Shown here: in pieces, positions 1 through 10,532 of the stretch
Layout: each line of letters starts with the position of its first letter
Numbering within the stretch: position 1 is the stretch's first letter
IMG/VR virus record: IMGVR_UViG_3300023179_000017
Location: 88,711-152,336 of that record
DNA from: a virus
Direction: 5' to 3' (one strand)
Length of the DNA stretch: 63,626 nt
The notes under the pieces: model-generated
What the model was told of the DNA's origin: nothing
Databases searched by the model: none
Seen by the model: only the letters and a program-made list of their open reading frames with translations
Position numbers and translations under genes: made by a program

Positions 1-380
1 CCGTTTAAGCATTTAAGCACTAAAGCGCCGACACGAAACTGTACCGACATGGAAGCGTTGTAGGCGTTCTTAATATAGACACGCATACCAACCACCTCTC
101 CTGTTCTAACAGCAAGTGTTTTATTGGCGTAGGTATATTCTCCAATCAGAATGGCGCCGTTCTTGCTGGTCATGTACTTTCGTTCTGGTGTGCCTAGTTT
201 TTGAACGAACCCTTCGGCAGCGTTCATCACATCTTTGTGAAGCACAAGGTTATACCGATTACTGACAGCAGCAATGGGAAGGTTATTATCTTCTCTGACA
301 ACAGCCCTTACCCTTGGAACCTCTACTCCATCTCTTGTGTAGACGTTTTGTAGCGATACGGGGAAATCGTAAGTTTGCAT
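1..380 (-). CDS. DUF932/DUF945-like phage protein (truncated by window start)
   Basis: ATG at 380 after GGAGAA RBS; reads ...AVVREDNNLPIAAVSNRYNLVLH...NAYNASMSVQFRVGALVLKCLNG, the pattern typical of this family. Confidence 0.65.
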   Translation of the reverse strand, partial: MQTYDFPVSLQNVYTRDGVEVPRVRAVVREDNNLPIAAVSNRYNLVLHKDVMNAAEGFVQKLGTPERKYMTSKNGAILIGEYTYANKTLAVRTGEVVGMRVYIKNAYNASMSVQFRVGALVLKCLN

Positions 381-392
381 TGTGTTCTCCTT

Positions 393-620
393 TTAGGCCC
401 ACAGGGCGTTAACGTTTTGAAGGTGCTTAGCAATACCCAGTTTTCTAGCTACTGAGTATTCGTTAGCCGTCCAAGCAAGTATTTTCTTTTTCTTTTTTAA
501 ATCTTGGATCTTGAAAATGGCAGCCATCAGGGTGTCAAAGTCTTTCACCCCGAACGCGATGCCTTCTTTCTTTTTGTATTTGACCCCGACAAAGTATTTA
601 TATCTAGCTTTCTTTTTCAT
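393..620 (-). CDS. hypothetical basic protein, paralog of 632..868
   Basis: aligns by eye with neighbour (KY.....Y......FGV.D...W...EY..A.K.G). Confidence 0.6.
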   Translation of the reverse strand: MKKKARYKYFVGVKYKKKEGIAFGVKDFDTLMAAIFKIQDLKKKKKILAWTANEYSVARKLGIAKHLQNVNALWA

Positions 621-631
621 TTTTTTTCCTT

Positions 632-868
632 TTATTTTTTTGGTTTACTAGAAGAAACCGAAGTGGTTATTTTTTTTAAGAACCCGTATTTTTTTGCATC
701 CGTGTACTCAAATACCCCCCAACCAATTACTCCTTCTTTGTTTTTTTTCTTTGTGGGCATTGCTAATGCCAGATCTATTAAGCAATTTAGGTCTTCGACC
801 CCTAAGACACAGGACTTCCCATCTATATAGTCGACAACCATTACATATTTGTGTTTTTGCTTTTTCAT
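632..868 (-). CDS. hypothetical basic protein, paralog of 393..620
   Basis: tandem paralog in a tightly packed operon. Confidence 0.6.
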   Translation of the reverse strand: MKKQKHKYVMVVDYIDGKSCVLGVEDLNCLIDLALAMPTKKKNKEGVIGWGVFEYTDAKKYGFLKKITTSVSSSKPKK

Positions 869-1206
869 GCGTACCTCATATAGAGCTCTTTGGCGTTAAA
901 GAATAATAGAAGCTTTTTAATGTCCTCTAGGCTTGTTTTGACATCGGCTGTATCTCCGGTTTCTTCGTCGCAGCCCATGACTATTCCGTTTCCAATAAAC
1001 GGCTGGTCGGCTCCGTCAACCTCGAAGGCGTACTGCCAAGGCTTTAAAAGGCCTTCATCATCACAGTAGAAGGTGTCGCCGTTCTCTAGAACGTAGGCAG
1101 AACAGATTCTTCCTCCGACAGCTTTTTGAGCGAACTCTAGGGTGTCACCCTCGATGTTTACTTCTTCAACGGTCTTGGTTTCGCTGTTAATTGTGTACGA
1201 TTTCAT
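865..1206 (-). CDS. DUF3846-like protein
   Basis: LEFAQKAVGG..I...DTFYCDDEGLLK...GNGIVMG pattern; RBS GGAGA before ATG at 1206. Confidence 0.6.
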   Translation of the reverse strand: MKSYTINSETKTVEEVNIEGDTLEFAQKAVGGRICSAYVLENGDTFYCDDEGLLKPWQYAFEVDGADQPFIGNGIVMGCDEETGDTADVKTSLEDIKKLLLFFNAKELYMRYA

Positions 1207-2137
1207 GTGTGTCTCCTGTTTTCTTTCTTGAATAAATTGGGGCGTCATTCCCATCGATTAGTCTATCTATCTGATGAGATACCTCTTCCCAGTGGGCTCC
1301 GTTTGCGTGGCCCAATAAATCTAGCACCGTGCAGAACCCGCCGCTTGGGTTTAGAATGGTGTACCTCTGGTGAATCTCGGTTAGAGGCGCATCTTTCCAC
1401 GTTGCTGTATATCCTCGGTATTCAAGTTTCTTTTCAGATAGTAAGACTGTTAGTTTGTGTTTGATTGCCATGGTTTATACTGGAAGCTCTTCTTGCTTCG
1501 TATCCTTTCTAATTAGTCGTTCTGCTGCACTAGACAGCATGGTTGATAGTCGTTCGGCCTCAAGCGGCGTCATTGCAAATGACTCCACCTTGGTTTCAAA
1601 CTCTACGACCACGATGTTTTTCTTTTCGTCTATCCATATTTTTAATCCTAACCCTTCGCTCATATTTACCCCCTTGTAAAAAGCGATTGATTAAAAAGCC
1701 TTTGTTGAAAATTTACTGGCTCGTACACCGTTGCCTCGACTGAAAAGTCGCTGGGGCATCTGATGGGCGTTGACCAGTAAAATTTTTCTAACGCTTGCTT
1801 TTCTGAGTCTTGCAAACTTCTTCCCTCGACGTAGTAGTGATATACGCCATTGGGCCTGATGTGTTTATCATCAGGATGAAGTGCTTCGTCTGGAACAAGT
1901 TGTTTAACTACTATCGTGATTAACATTCTCTCCCCCTAGAGATTTAAGTAACCAAGTTTCACTAACATTAGTTGGAAAATGGTTGAGAACACTGCCATAC
2001 CTAGTGCCGAAGAAAATTTCATCGTTCCTGAGTGGCCACGAACAATCGTCACCAAACCGGAAAGACAAAACCACCCTGTTGCATGAGCAAGCAGTAAACT
2101 TAAGATGTTGATATATTGCATGATTTCCTCCTTGGTT

Positions 2138-2146
2138 CTTATACCC
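2138..2146 (-). promoter_or_regulatory. GGGTATAAG putative phage promoter box
   Basis: CTTATACCC on + strand, just upstream of the RBS/ATG of 1936..2121; recurs upstream of other minus-strand genes. Confidence 0.55.
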
Positions 2147-2395
2147 TTAAAACAACGTTGGTTGATTACGCTGTTCCATTTCTTTTTTTAGCTTTTGATG
2201 AAGAGAAAGCGCCATCTCAGACGCTTCAATAATCACTCGAGCGATTAGCTCTTCATCCGTTTCGTTTTCTTGTCTTAAGGAATAGGCCCACCCAGGGATC
2301 TCGGATGTTCTACTGTATTTGGCAAGATCTAATAAAATCTTTTTTACAGTAGGAAACCCAAGATTCTGAATGAGCCCATCTTTTACGATGGGCAT
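2147..2395 (-). CDS. hypothetical protein with C-terminal clamp-binding-like motif (QPTLF)
   Basis: ORF with RBS directly after the polymerase; ends NQPTLF. Confidence 0.55.
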   Translation of the reverse strand: MPIVKDGLIQNLGFPTVKKILLDLAKYSRTSEIPGWAYSLRQENETDEELIARVIIEASEMALSLHQKLKKEMEQRNQPTLF

Positions 2396-2408
2396 ATATG
2401 TCTCCTTG

Positions 2409-4250
2409 TTATCCTTTAGTCCAGTAAGAATTTACTGTTCCGTCTACTTCCATGGGGACGACCTTCATCCACCGCTCGGCTGATTGGCGCATCAGTTTCA
2501 GTTTCTCTTCGTGGAAAGAAGCTGAGTCTGCTTTGTCTGTTCTTGTTACGATTTCGTCATAGATGGCATTTACAAAGTGTGTTCTGATGCGATTCTTTTT
2601 AGCGTAGTTTCGAATGTCGATCATGGCTTGTTTGGTAATATCCGCATTGACCGATTGAATAAGGAAGTTTCCTCCCTCTCGCTCAATCTTTGCGAGTGCG
2701 CCTTGGTAGTCTGGATCAGACGTTCCAAGTCGATAGCCGTTTGGGTCAGGTTTTGCCCAGTAACGCCTTCTGCCGTTTAGATTAGAAAGGTAGCCTTGGC
2801 TTACTGCCGTTCGGCCAGACTCCCTTAAGAAGTTCACAGCGGTTCGGTACTTTTCACAGTACTTGTAGTAGATGTTCTTGGCTTCTTCTCTTGTGATAGG
2901 AAAGCCGTCCCCTACAAGTTTTTCATATAGGCTGTAAGGACCCATACCGTAAGCAATACCGAAGTTCAGCGTCTTTGCTGGGGTTCTGAGTTTTTTATGC
3001 TCGTTGTTTTTGGTGACCTCAACCCCGTAGATATCTGAAGCAACCGCACAGTGGATATCTTCTCCCTTTTGAAATACTTCGATCATTTTTTGATCGCCTG
3101 ATATCTCAGCTAGGATTCTAGACTCACAGCCAGAGAAGTCATCGCTCTCGACCACTTCGTTTTCAAAGCAAACAAAGCAGTGTCGAAAGTCGTTCTCTCT
3201 GGGGATGTTAAGTGGGTTCACATCACTTTCACCAGAAGCAGGGCGCCCGGTGTCAGTTCCTATCTGCCACATGTTTGGATGAATCATTCCTGTAGTGGGG
3301 TGAATTGCTTTTAGGAATGGTTCCCCGTATGTGTTGATTCTTTTTTGTAAACCTCTCCACTGTTTTAGCTGCTGCACAAAGGGGATGTCTTTTAATTTTT
3401 TAAGTACCTTGTCGCTGGTACTTTTAACAGGAACAAAGATATCTTCCCCAGTTACGGGGTCTTTTTCTTTGACTCTGATTTTCATCTGATTAAAAAGACT
3501 TACCATTTGGCTTGGTGAGCCATAGTTGATATCTACTTCGCCAAAAAGGTCGAGCCCTAAAAATTTAGAGGCATACTCGTCCATCTTGGCTTTGACTTCG
3601 TTAGCTTGTTTAGTGTGCTTAGTAATAAGCTCTCTCCAAGCCTCGACGTCGATTCGCATTCCAGCAAACTCCATATCTGCAAATGCCGAAAGCGCATTGC
3701 ACTCTAAAAGCATAGTGGGGATAAGGCCATCTTGCTTTATCACTTCAACATACTTTTGCATGAGTGGGATTAAATGCTTTACGTCGTTTGCAGCGTACTC
3801 AAGTTGCTCTTTTGAGAAGTCGCCTTTGTGTCCAATGAAACTTTTTTGAAGCTCCTTGTCCATTTCAATTCCAAGCCTACCTCTCATGACATCTTCTAAA
3901 CTAAAGCCATTTCTTTTAAGGCCGGCTGTGCAGATTTTTTCACAAAGAAGGGAATCCCTTAAGGCTTCCATTTCAATTTTGAAATTACCTTTCAGCATTT
4001 TGTAGTCGAACTTTAGGTTATGTCCGATTTTTAAAATTTCGTGGCTTTCAAAGAAAGGTCGTAGAGGCTCGATGCTTACTTTTCTAGCATCGATAACGTA
4101 TTGTTCTTCAGGGCGTCCAATTTGAACAAGCGTGACTTTATCGGTGTGCGGATCTAATCCGGTGGTTTCGGTGTCAACTCCCCATGCTGGCTGCTTCAAG
4201 AGCAGTGGCAAAAGAGACTCGACATCTTTTGTGTCAGTTATGTATTTCAT
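2409..4250 (-). CDS. polA: family A DNA polymerase with 3'-5' exonuclease domain
   Basis: ExoI DTETTG, ExoII HNLKFD, ExoIII YAAND; motif A DFSGCESRILA, motif B RTPAKTLNFGIAYG, motif C IYDEI; no 5'-3' exonuclease domain. Confidence 0.95.
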   Translation of the reverse strand: MKYITDTKDVESLLPLLLKQPAWGVDTETTGLDPHTDKVTLVQIGRPEEQYVIDARKVSIEPLRPFFESHEILKIGHNLKFDYKMLKGNFKIEMEALRDSLLCEKICTAGLKRNGFSLEDVMRGRLGIEMDKELQKSFIGHKGDFSKEQLEYAANDVKHLIPLMQKYVEVIKQDGLIPTMLLECNALSAFADMEFAGMRIDVEAWRELITKHTKQANEVKAKMDEYASKFLGLDLFGEVDINYGSPSQMVSLFNQMKIRVKEKDPVTGEDIFVPVKSTSDKVLKKLKDIPFVQQLKQWRGLQKRINTYGEPFLKAIHPTTGMIHPNMWQIGTDTGRPASGESDVNPLNIPRENDFRHCFVCFENEVVESDDFSGCESRILAEISGDQKMIEVFQKGEDIHCAVASDIYGVEVTKNNEHKKLRTPAKTLNFGIAYGMGPYSLYEKLVGDGFPITREEAKNIYYKYCEKYRTAVNFLRESGRTAVSQGYLSNLNGRRRYWAKPDPNGYRLGTSDPDYQGALAKIEREGGNFLIQSVNADITKQAMIDIRNYAKKNRIRTHFVNAIYDEIVTRTDKADSASFHEEKLKLMRQSAERWMKVVPMEVDGTVNSYWTKG

Positions 4251-4267
4251 AATTCCCCCATGCGGTT

Positions 4268-4276
4268 CTTATACCC
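4268..4276 (-). promoter_or_regulatory. GGGTATAAG putative promoter box upstream of polA
   Basis: CTTATACCC 17 nt from the polA ATG. Confidence 0.55.
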
Positions 4277-4292
4277 AATGGCGGAATGCTTT

Positions 4293-4538
4293 TTACTGTA
4301 GTTGTCGTATCTGGATGATCTTAGCTTCTTCTGTATCTGTAGCTCTTCTTTTTTCATGCCACGGATGACCCGGCCCTTCTCTGTAAAGAGATCGTGCTTC
4401 TTCGGTCCATTCTGCTATTTGGACGTTTGCGATCTTAGCTACTAGGCCATATATCATGTTGAATAAATCTCGTATAGCAGGGTTTGTGATTTTTGTTTTT
4501 TGATTGCTAAAGTGCTCCGGCGTAAAATGCCAGTCCAT
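4293..4538 (-). CDS. hypothetical protein, distant paralog of 5788..6009
   Basis: shared MD..F.P..F...IAEW...Y...GHPW pattern. Confidence 0.5.
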   Translation of the reverse strand: MDWHFTPEHFSNQKTKITNPAIRDLFNMIYGLVAKIANVQIAEWTEEARSLYREGPGHPWHEKRRATDTEEAKIIQIRQLQ

Positions 4539-4601
4539 ACTTTTGCTCCAAATTGGGTTGGTTTAATGAGCGGGTAAAAAAGCGAAGATAGTAGAATGAT
4601 T

Positions 4602-4895
4602 CTACAGTATTTGCGTAGATTTTTCGTTCTGCGGTAGGTCGAGTTTATAGTTGATATCGTCTTTTTTTCTAAGGCCCTGCACCATGGATTTTCTAAAAGC
4701 GCTTCGTTGGTAGCCCACTTCTTTAAGATAGTTAAACACGAGTTTTTCAATGAGCTCGCTTTTGTTTACTTGGTTAGAGCCGCAGTAGTCGTAGAAGTCG
4801 TCTCTTAGCGTGCCGTGGATATACACGGTGACACATTTTCTCAAAGGTTCGTTGGGTTTTCTTCGGGGCCTAATTCTCATGCCATTATTATACAT
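4602..4895 (-). CDS. ribbon-helix-helix DNA-binding protein
   Basis: VTVYI beta strand then helix-turn NKSELIEKLV. Confidence 0.55.
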   Translation of the reverse strand: MYNNGMRIRPRRKPNEPLRKCVTVYIHGTLRDDFYDYCGSNQVNKSELIEKLVFNYLKEVGYQRSAFRKSMVQGLRKKDDINYKLDLPQNEKSTQIL

Positions 4896-5022
4896 TACTT
4901 TATAAAATGTTTTGTATATACAACCACATGACTACATAGACTACCCATGTCAAATAGAAAATGATATACTGAGTCAAAGCTCGCTCAAATCATAAATCCA
5001 TAACAATTCAGGGAGAGGAACT

Positions 5023-5322
5023 ATGAAGGCACTTCTGTGCTTACTGGTGCTCTTTACTGCTGCGTATGCAGATGAAGCTGAGCTGTATGACGAAGACCAA
5101 GCATACTACGAAACAAAACAATTTTATTCGGGTGATGAAATATCGCCCTACCACGAACGACAGTTCTATTCTGACGGGGAAGTAGACTCAGATAGCCCGG
5201 GGCAGTTCTATTATACCCCGAACGAAGAACCTAATTATTCGAGCCTATTTACCGACCGGGAGTTTGAGGAAATTGTAGTTCCAAAGCTGATGGAAAAGCT
5301 CGACTCTCAATTAACCGAGTGA
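5023..5322 (+). CDS. secreted acidic protein with QFYS repeats
   Basis: signal peptide MKALLCLLVLFTAAYA; RBS GAGAGG; three QFY(S/Y) repeats. Confidence 0.55.
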   Translation: MKALLCLLVLFTAAYADEAELYDEDQAYYETKQFYSGDEISPYHERQFYSDGEVDSDSPGQFYYTPNEEPNYSSLFTDREFEEIVVPKLMEKLDSQLTE

Positions 5323-5787
5323 TCTTGCTTGGGGTGTTGAAACAAAACCGTGTCGATGAGCTCCTGGTCCTGTTTTTTTACCTTTAAGATAAAGTCGTTC
5401 GCATCCTCGATTACCTTATGTTGGTAGGTAATAAAGTCGACTAGTTTTTGCTGGTGCTTACTGTATTTGTAATTCAAGTAAAAGCCTGCTGCGCAGGCTC
5501 CTTGTACAAAGAAGAAGAGATACCACCAGTATTCCATTAGAAGCAGCTCACATAGACTTGTCCACATCGCACCATCGGTTGATGTGGATTAGAATAATCA
5601 CTTCCTACCATAACCTGATTTATGTAAGGGCAGGTATTGCCATAGTAAGTGAAAACTTGATTTATCTGGGCTTGGCAAAAAATCCTTGCTACTTCTTGCC
5701 CATAGGCCCGAAGAGCAATAACCCCCAGTAAAAGGATAGCTACAATCAGTAGCTTGGCGTGTGCGCTTAGTTTGAACATAGAGCCCC

Positions 5788-6009
5788 CTATTTTTTATTT
5801 AGCGGTTGAAAGTCAACAACGCAAACTGTGTGGGAGTCCCCGCCTATATTATAAGGTCGGATGTACCAAGGGTGCTTCCCGTTGCCCTTTTGGGCGTACC
5901 ATCTGGGCTGTGCTGCCAACCACTCGGCCACTATCGCTTGTGCCACTTCGGCGGCTTCTTCGGCAGATTTGCCCTCAAATCTTTTTGGGTCGAATACTGG
6001 TTTGTCCAT
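5788..6009 (-). CDS. hypothetical protein, distant paralog of 4293..4538
   Basis: shared motif pattern. Confidence 0.5.
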   Translation of the reverse strand: MDKPVFDPKRFEGKSAEEAAEVAQAIVAEWLAAQPRWYAQKGNGKHPWYIRPYNIGGDSHTVCVVDFQPLNKK

Positions 6010-6444
6010 GATTTAAATAGAATACCAACGGCTCACATTTCTGTCGTTGGGTATTTACATGGTTTTTAAAGAACGCTAACGCATCGCATTTAATAGGTAA
6101 AAAAAAGATATCCGTACTTATTAAATACGCACGGGGCACCCAACCCCTGGGCACCCCGCCGTTGTTTGTTTCTCAACCACCTAGAGGAAACAAGTCATGA
6201 GCATTCATCTAAAAGCTCTAAAAACAATTTTCTTAGTTCGTTTAGAAGAACGGAAAAACACCCGACCGTAGCACACGCAATTACAATTGCAACCATTTTA
6301 CCCCCCAGTATAAATAGTCTTACGTAATTCTTATTCCATACTTTGGTTTCTTTTTGATCCCACGCATACGTCATCTGGGTATTGTAAAACACAAAAACGC
6401 CCCTAAGAAGACCCAGAGAGTCTAAGGGGCGTTTTTCTTAAAGC

Positions 6445-6612
6445 TTATCCGTTTAACGATGCTTGAGTGATCCACTCAGTGACGTTGCCAGCCGTTTTGT
6501 TTTTGGCAAGCTTTTGGATAACTTTGAAATCCTGTTTTCTAAAACGAATCAGCTTTGCGATTGTTTTAGGAGCAGCGATTTTTTCTGTTTTCTTTGCGAT
6601 TTTCTTTTTCAT
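6445..6612 (-). CDS. small RHH-like DNA-binding protein (55 aa, not in ORF track)
   Basis: translated by hand: MKKKIAKK...KLIRFRKQDFKVIQKLAKNKTAGNVTEWI. Confidence 0.45.
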   Translation of the reverse strand: MKKKIAKKTEKIAAPKTIAKLIRFRKQDFKVIQKLAKNKTAGNVTEWITQASLNG

Positions 6613-6710
6613 AAACTACCTGCATGTTTTAAGTATCAGAAACCGTTTCTGATATCTGGATACATACACCCATTAAAAATAAACGTCTACACTTAGTATG
6701 GTATATCCGT

Positions 6711-7142
6711 TTATCTTTCGTAAACCATGTTGAGTAGTTTTGGTTGATATCTGATCCAAGCCTTGCCAATCTGGTCTGAATCGAAACCAACGTAGGTATT
6801 GTCAGGCGCTTGAAACTTGACATACCCCTTTTGAGCCAGCCGGTCTAAACCGACGAGGCTTTTTGGCGCGGGAATCCCTGCGTGTTCAAACCCCCAAATA
6901 AGGTCGCCAATAAGCCCTTCTTGGACTTCTTTTTGCCTTTCAAAGCAGCTAAACAGCGCATGAAGAACGATTTGCGCTTCGGCGGGCAAGTCCGACGGGA
7001 TTTCTTTGTGCGTTTCATAATAGGGCCTCACTTTCTTGAGTTCTTGTGGTTTGTTTTCTATCTGTGCTTCTAACGTCATCACCGACGCAGGAGGAGCAGC
7101 ATCTTCTGGAGGAGTTGAATCAAGGTGTTTAAAGTCTTTCAT
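6711..7142 (-). CDS. hypothetical protein
   Basis: 143-aa ORF with RBS AAGGA. Confidence 0.6.
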   Translation of the reverse strand: MKDFKHLDSTPPEDAAPPASVMTLEAQIENKPQELKKVRPYYETHKEIPSDLPAEAQIVLHALFSCFERQKEVQEGLIGDLIWGFEHAGIPAPKSLVGLDRLAQKGYVKFQAPDNTYVGFDSDQIGKAWIRYQPKLLNMVYER

Positions 7143-7374
7143 AACTTTGTTTCCTTCTGTACCAGAAAATTTTTAACATCAGTCGGCAAGAGTTTTAAAA
7201 GCTCTGGCGTCACAGTAATTGTCATCGGTGGCAGTTTTACTCCTTGTTTGTAAGACCGCACCCAAGAGATTACTTTTTCTGCTAACTCTTTTAGCTCTTT
7301 CGACTCCACTTTTTATCCCCCGTTTGATGATATATACGTTATATAGCCGTGTTGGGTAAGTCCGTCACGAATTT

Positions 7375-8328
7375 TTAGTATTGGTAAAAATGCGTGTTCT
7401 CAACGTGGGACTTCTCACTGAAGTGAGGAACAGGCCCTGGCTTACCTAATACATAGTCGAGTGCGTGCAACATTTTAGAATCTAGGTTATCTAAATGATG
7501 CACCAAGATAGCTTCTAGCGTCGCCGGTTTTACTGGCGAACCCCAGTCAATTCTTCCGTGATGAGACGCAACGATATGCATTAAGTGGGCTTTTTCTAAT
7601 TTATGATCTGACCCCTTTGGAGAAAACTTACTTGCCGTTTTATCTATCCAAGCAGGGCCCACAACGATGTGCGGAGTTAAGATCCCAACAGGGCTTAATC
7701 CCACGATGGGTTTAGAAAAATCGTACTCAACAATTTTTCCAGCATCGTGAAGCATGAGCCCAAAGAGAACTTTATCTCGGCTTATTTTTTCGCAGTACCT
7801 ATCTTGATAGTGTTTAATGACGGGTTCTGCGATTAGACACAAAGAGTGCACGTGCTCTAAAAGGCCGCCGTGCCAGGCGTTGTGCATCTTAGCGGCAGCC
7901 GGCGCTCTTTTAAAAGCTTCTATCACCTCTTGGTGTTTCATCAGGATCTCTTCGGTCACATACTTAGTTAGGGGCTCTTTAAAGGTAGCAACGATGTTTA
8001 CTAGATCATTCCACATCTCTTCGATGTCAAACTTGGAGGTTCTAATAAACTCGTGAAAGGGCCGTTCGCTTGGTTCAGCTTCTAATAAGTTGATTTGAAG
8101 GGCTCCGTTATATTCTTCAACTTGTCCGACAAGTTTAATAACCGACCCTTCTGTAATAAAACCGTGGACCTCTTGTTGGTAGTCCCATTTTTTTGCAACG
8201 ATTGAGTGGTCTTTGTCTCTAAGGGTAATGTCTAGGTAAGGCTTTCCGTTTTTAGTTGTCGCTACTTTTAGTTTTTCAACAAGCGCATTAATTTTGGCAA
8301 TATCGCCTTTAGAAAGTTTTGAAATCAT
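7375..8328 (-). CDS. yhaM: OB-fold + HD-domain 3'-5' exoribonuclease (YhaM/Cbf1-like)
   Basis: N-terminal TKNGKPYL...LRD OB fold; PAAAKMHNAWHGGLLEH, LHDAGK, SHHG, HHLDNLDSK HD motifs. Confidence 0.88.
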   Translation of the reverse strand: MISKLSKGDIAKINALVEKLKVATTKNGKPYLDITLRDKDHSIVAKKWDYQQEVHGFITEGSVIKLVGQVEEYNGALQINLLEAEPSERPFHEFIRTSKFDIEEMWNDLVNIVATFKEPLTKYVTEEILMKHQEVIEAFKRAPAAAKMHNAWHGGLLEHVHSLCLIAEPVIKHYQDRYCEKISRDKVLFGLMLHDAGKIVEYDFSKPIVGLSPVGILTPHIVVGPAWIDKTASKFSPKGSDHKLEKAHLMHIVASHHGRIDWGSPVKPATLEAILVHHLDNLDSKMLHALDYVLGKPGPVPHFSEKSHVENTHFYQY

Positions 8329-8472
8329 GTGTCATCCTTGGTGTAACAATTTTAATAAGATATCTTTCTTTTGTACAATTTTAAACTCAGAACTTATATC
8401 CGAGTGTTTTTAAATGACACCCAAAGACATTTGCTGATAGCATTTTACGTTTGATGTAGAATAATAAAAACA

Positions 8473-10443
8473 ATGAAGCCCGAAAAAAAGAAAAATAAAA
8501 AAGACGAGTCTTATTATAAAAGCCCCATGATGCGGGCATTTCAAGCTGGGACCGGCCTTGGGATGGTTAGAGGGAACCTAATTCCCGCCACCTCACCAAT
8601 AAAAGGCTACACCAACCTGTGGCACGGTACGCCAATCGCCAATTTATATCCTGGGGAACACGGCAAGGGAATTTTTCAAGAGGGGCTTACCACAGAATTT
8701 GCTGGAAAAAATAAGCGCCTTAACTATGCCCTTATGTCTAATGCGGTAATGCGAGACACAGAAGAATTTTTAAAAAAGAAGAAAATTAAAATAACCCCAG
8801 AGATTGAAAAAGCGCTTTTTGAAGAAACCGAAAAAATGATGGAGCTTGGGGGCACCTCTTTTGAACGAATTCTAAAAAGCGCCCCCTCGGTAGCAAAGCG
8901 ATTGGGATTAGACGAAAAAGAACTGGCTGAATTTTATAAAACCCGTGCGGGCGATTTAGGAAAACGTATTTATTTTGGTAAGTCGCCAGAGAGCGTTGCG
9001 TTTTGGGCAAACGAGGGAAAGAACGAAATCCACTTTTTGTTTGAAAAAATGAAACAAGAAGCAGGGCAGGACTTAAGCTCTCGTAGAAAGGCCGTTGTTT
9101 CAGGTTTAAAAAAAGGGTTTAAAGATTTTGGAGAAGTTTTAGCCGAGCAGTTTTCTGGTGGCATGTATTCAGACATAAGAGCAAAAACTCATTACGGAAA
9201 ACCGGCAGAGGCTGTAAAAGTTAAAGACTTGGGCGAATTAGCCAACGCAATAAAACACCATAGCAAAGAAGACGTGAATGTTATTTTTAGATCCAGCGTC
9301 CCAACTAAATCGCTAGATTATTTAAAAGACTTTCCAGTATTAAGGCATGGGATAGCCTCTTTACCCAGCGTTAAAATGCTGCTTGGTAAGTATATTCCGC
9401 AAAGTGATCCCTCTAAAGACTTGTCGATTGCTGAAAACCTTTCGCCAGAGTTTATTAACCAGGCTCATGTAGTAGATAGAAAAACAGGAAAGCTATTAAA
9501 AAGCTTCCATGTCCAGTCAGCAAAAAAACAGCCCTTTCAGTTTTTAGGCGGCAAAGGAAATAGAATCGCCGGCCTTAAAAAAGCCACCATACCAATTATC
9601 ATGACAGCCGCCGGCGCTAAGATTTTTTTAAATGCTTTTAAAGGAATAGGAAGTAAGCCCCCGAAAGAAGAAAAAACTGCTGCGGTAGATCCAAAAACAC
9701 TAGCAAAAGTTTTTGCTGTTCCTGCTGCTGCTGTAGGAGGTTCCTTTGCAACTGCAGCCGCCATTCAAAAATTACTGGGTGTAAGAGAGCCTGCTCTTAT
9801 TACAGAAGAAGAAGCAAAAAAAATGAAAATGGAACAGCTGCTCGCTCAACAGGCTGACGAAATTAGATATTTAAAAAACACAGCTCCTGCAGCAGGTTTA
9901 GCATCAGGAATTCTTGGGGCAGGTATCGGAGCTGCGTTAACAAAACATCGTGGGATTGGTGCTATAGCGGGCGGGTATCTTGGATCTACCTTGGGTATGG
10001 GCGCCGCAACCGTCCTACTTGAAGCTAGACAGAACCAGATAGATCCGGAAAACTCAGGCCTTGCCGGAATGCTTTTGAGTAACTCAGACAAAGGAAAAGA
10101 GTTTATCAGAAAGAACCCAAAACTATTTGCAGGTCTGTCGCAAACAGCGGCGACCGGATTGGCAGCTGCGTTGCCGTATTATGTTGCTAAAAAGTATTAC
10201 CCTTGGCACGCGCAAAAAGTAAAACGATTGGTTAGCCGTGCGTCTAAACCAAGTGAAGCGCTCGTCCGATTTGTCGATGAAAATGCAACCAAAATTTTAC
10301 CCCTTATTTTATTAGGCGGACCAGCATCACAGTATTTAAGTTATTTGGCAGCGGAGCAAACTACAAAAGGTATAGGAAAAGGTGTGGGGGCTGTTCGATC
10401 CGCGGCTAAATCTTTTGGTAGCGATAAAAAAGATGCTGCTTAA
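8473..10443 (+). CDS. putative virion internal protein: ADP-ribosyltransferase-like N-domain + hydrophobic Gly/Ala-rich C-domain
   Basis: LWHGT...IFQEGL, RIYF and LSPEFI motifs of ART/Tpt1-like folds; EKTAA junction followed by glycine-zipper segments. Confidence 0.5.
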   Translation: MKPEKKKNKKDESYYKSPMMRAFQAGTGLGMVRGNLIPATSPIKGYTNLWHGTPIANLYPGEHGKGIFQEGLTTEFAGKNKRLNYALMSNAVMRDTEEFLKKKKIKITPEIEKALFEETEKMMELGGTSFERILKSAPSVAKRLGLDEKELAEFYKTRAGDLGKRIYFGKSPESVAFWANEGKNEIHFLFEKMKQEAGQDLSSRRKAVVSGLKKGFKDFGEVLAEQFSGGMYSDIRAKTHYGKPAEAVKVKDLGELANAIKHHSKEDVNVIFRSSVPTKSLDYLKDFPVLRHGIASLPSVKMLLGKYIPQSDPSKDLSIAENLSPEFINQAHVVDRKTGKLLKSFHVQSAKKQPFQFLGGKGNRIAGLKKATIPIIMTAAGAKIFLNAFKGIGSKPPKEEKTAAVDPKTLAKVFAVPAAAVGGSFATAAAIQKLLGVREPALITEEEAKKMKMEQLLAQQADEIRYLKNTAPAAGLASGILGAGIGAALTKHRGIGAIAGGYLGSTLGMGAATVLLEARQNQIDPENSGLAGMLLSNSDKGKEFIRKNPKLFAGLSQTAATGLAAALPYYVAKKYYPWHAQKVKRLVSRASKPSEALVRFVDENATKILPLILLGGPASQYLSYLAAEQTTKGIGKGVGAVRSAAKSFGSDKKDAA

Positions 10444-10532
10444 AAAGCTTTGTATATCTACTTTACTCAAACTTCTTGACGACCCCAATATCCTTCAATA
10501 GCCTTTTTCGTGGAAGACACAAAGGAGGCTAT

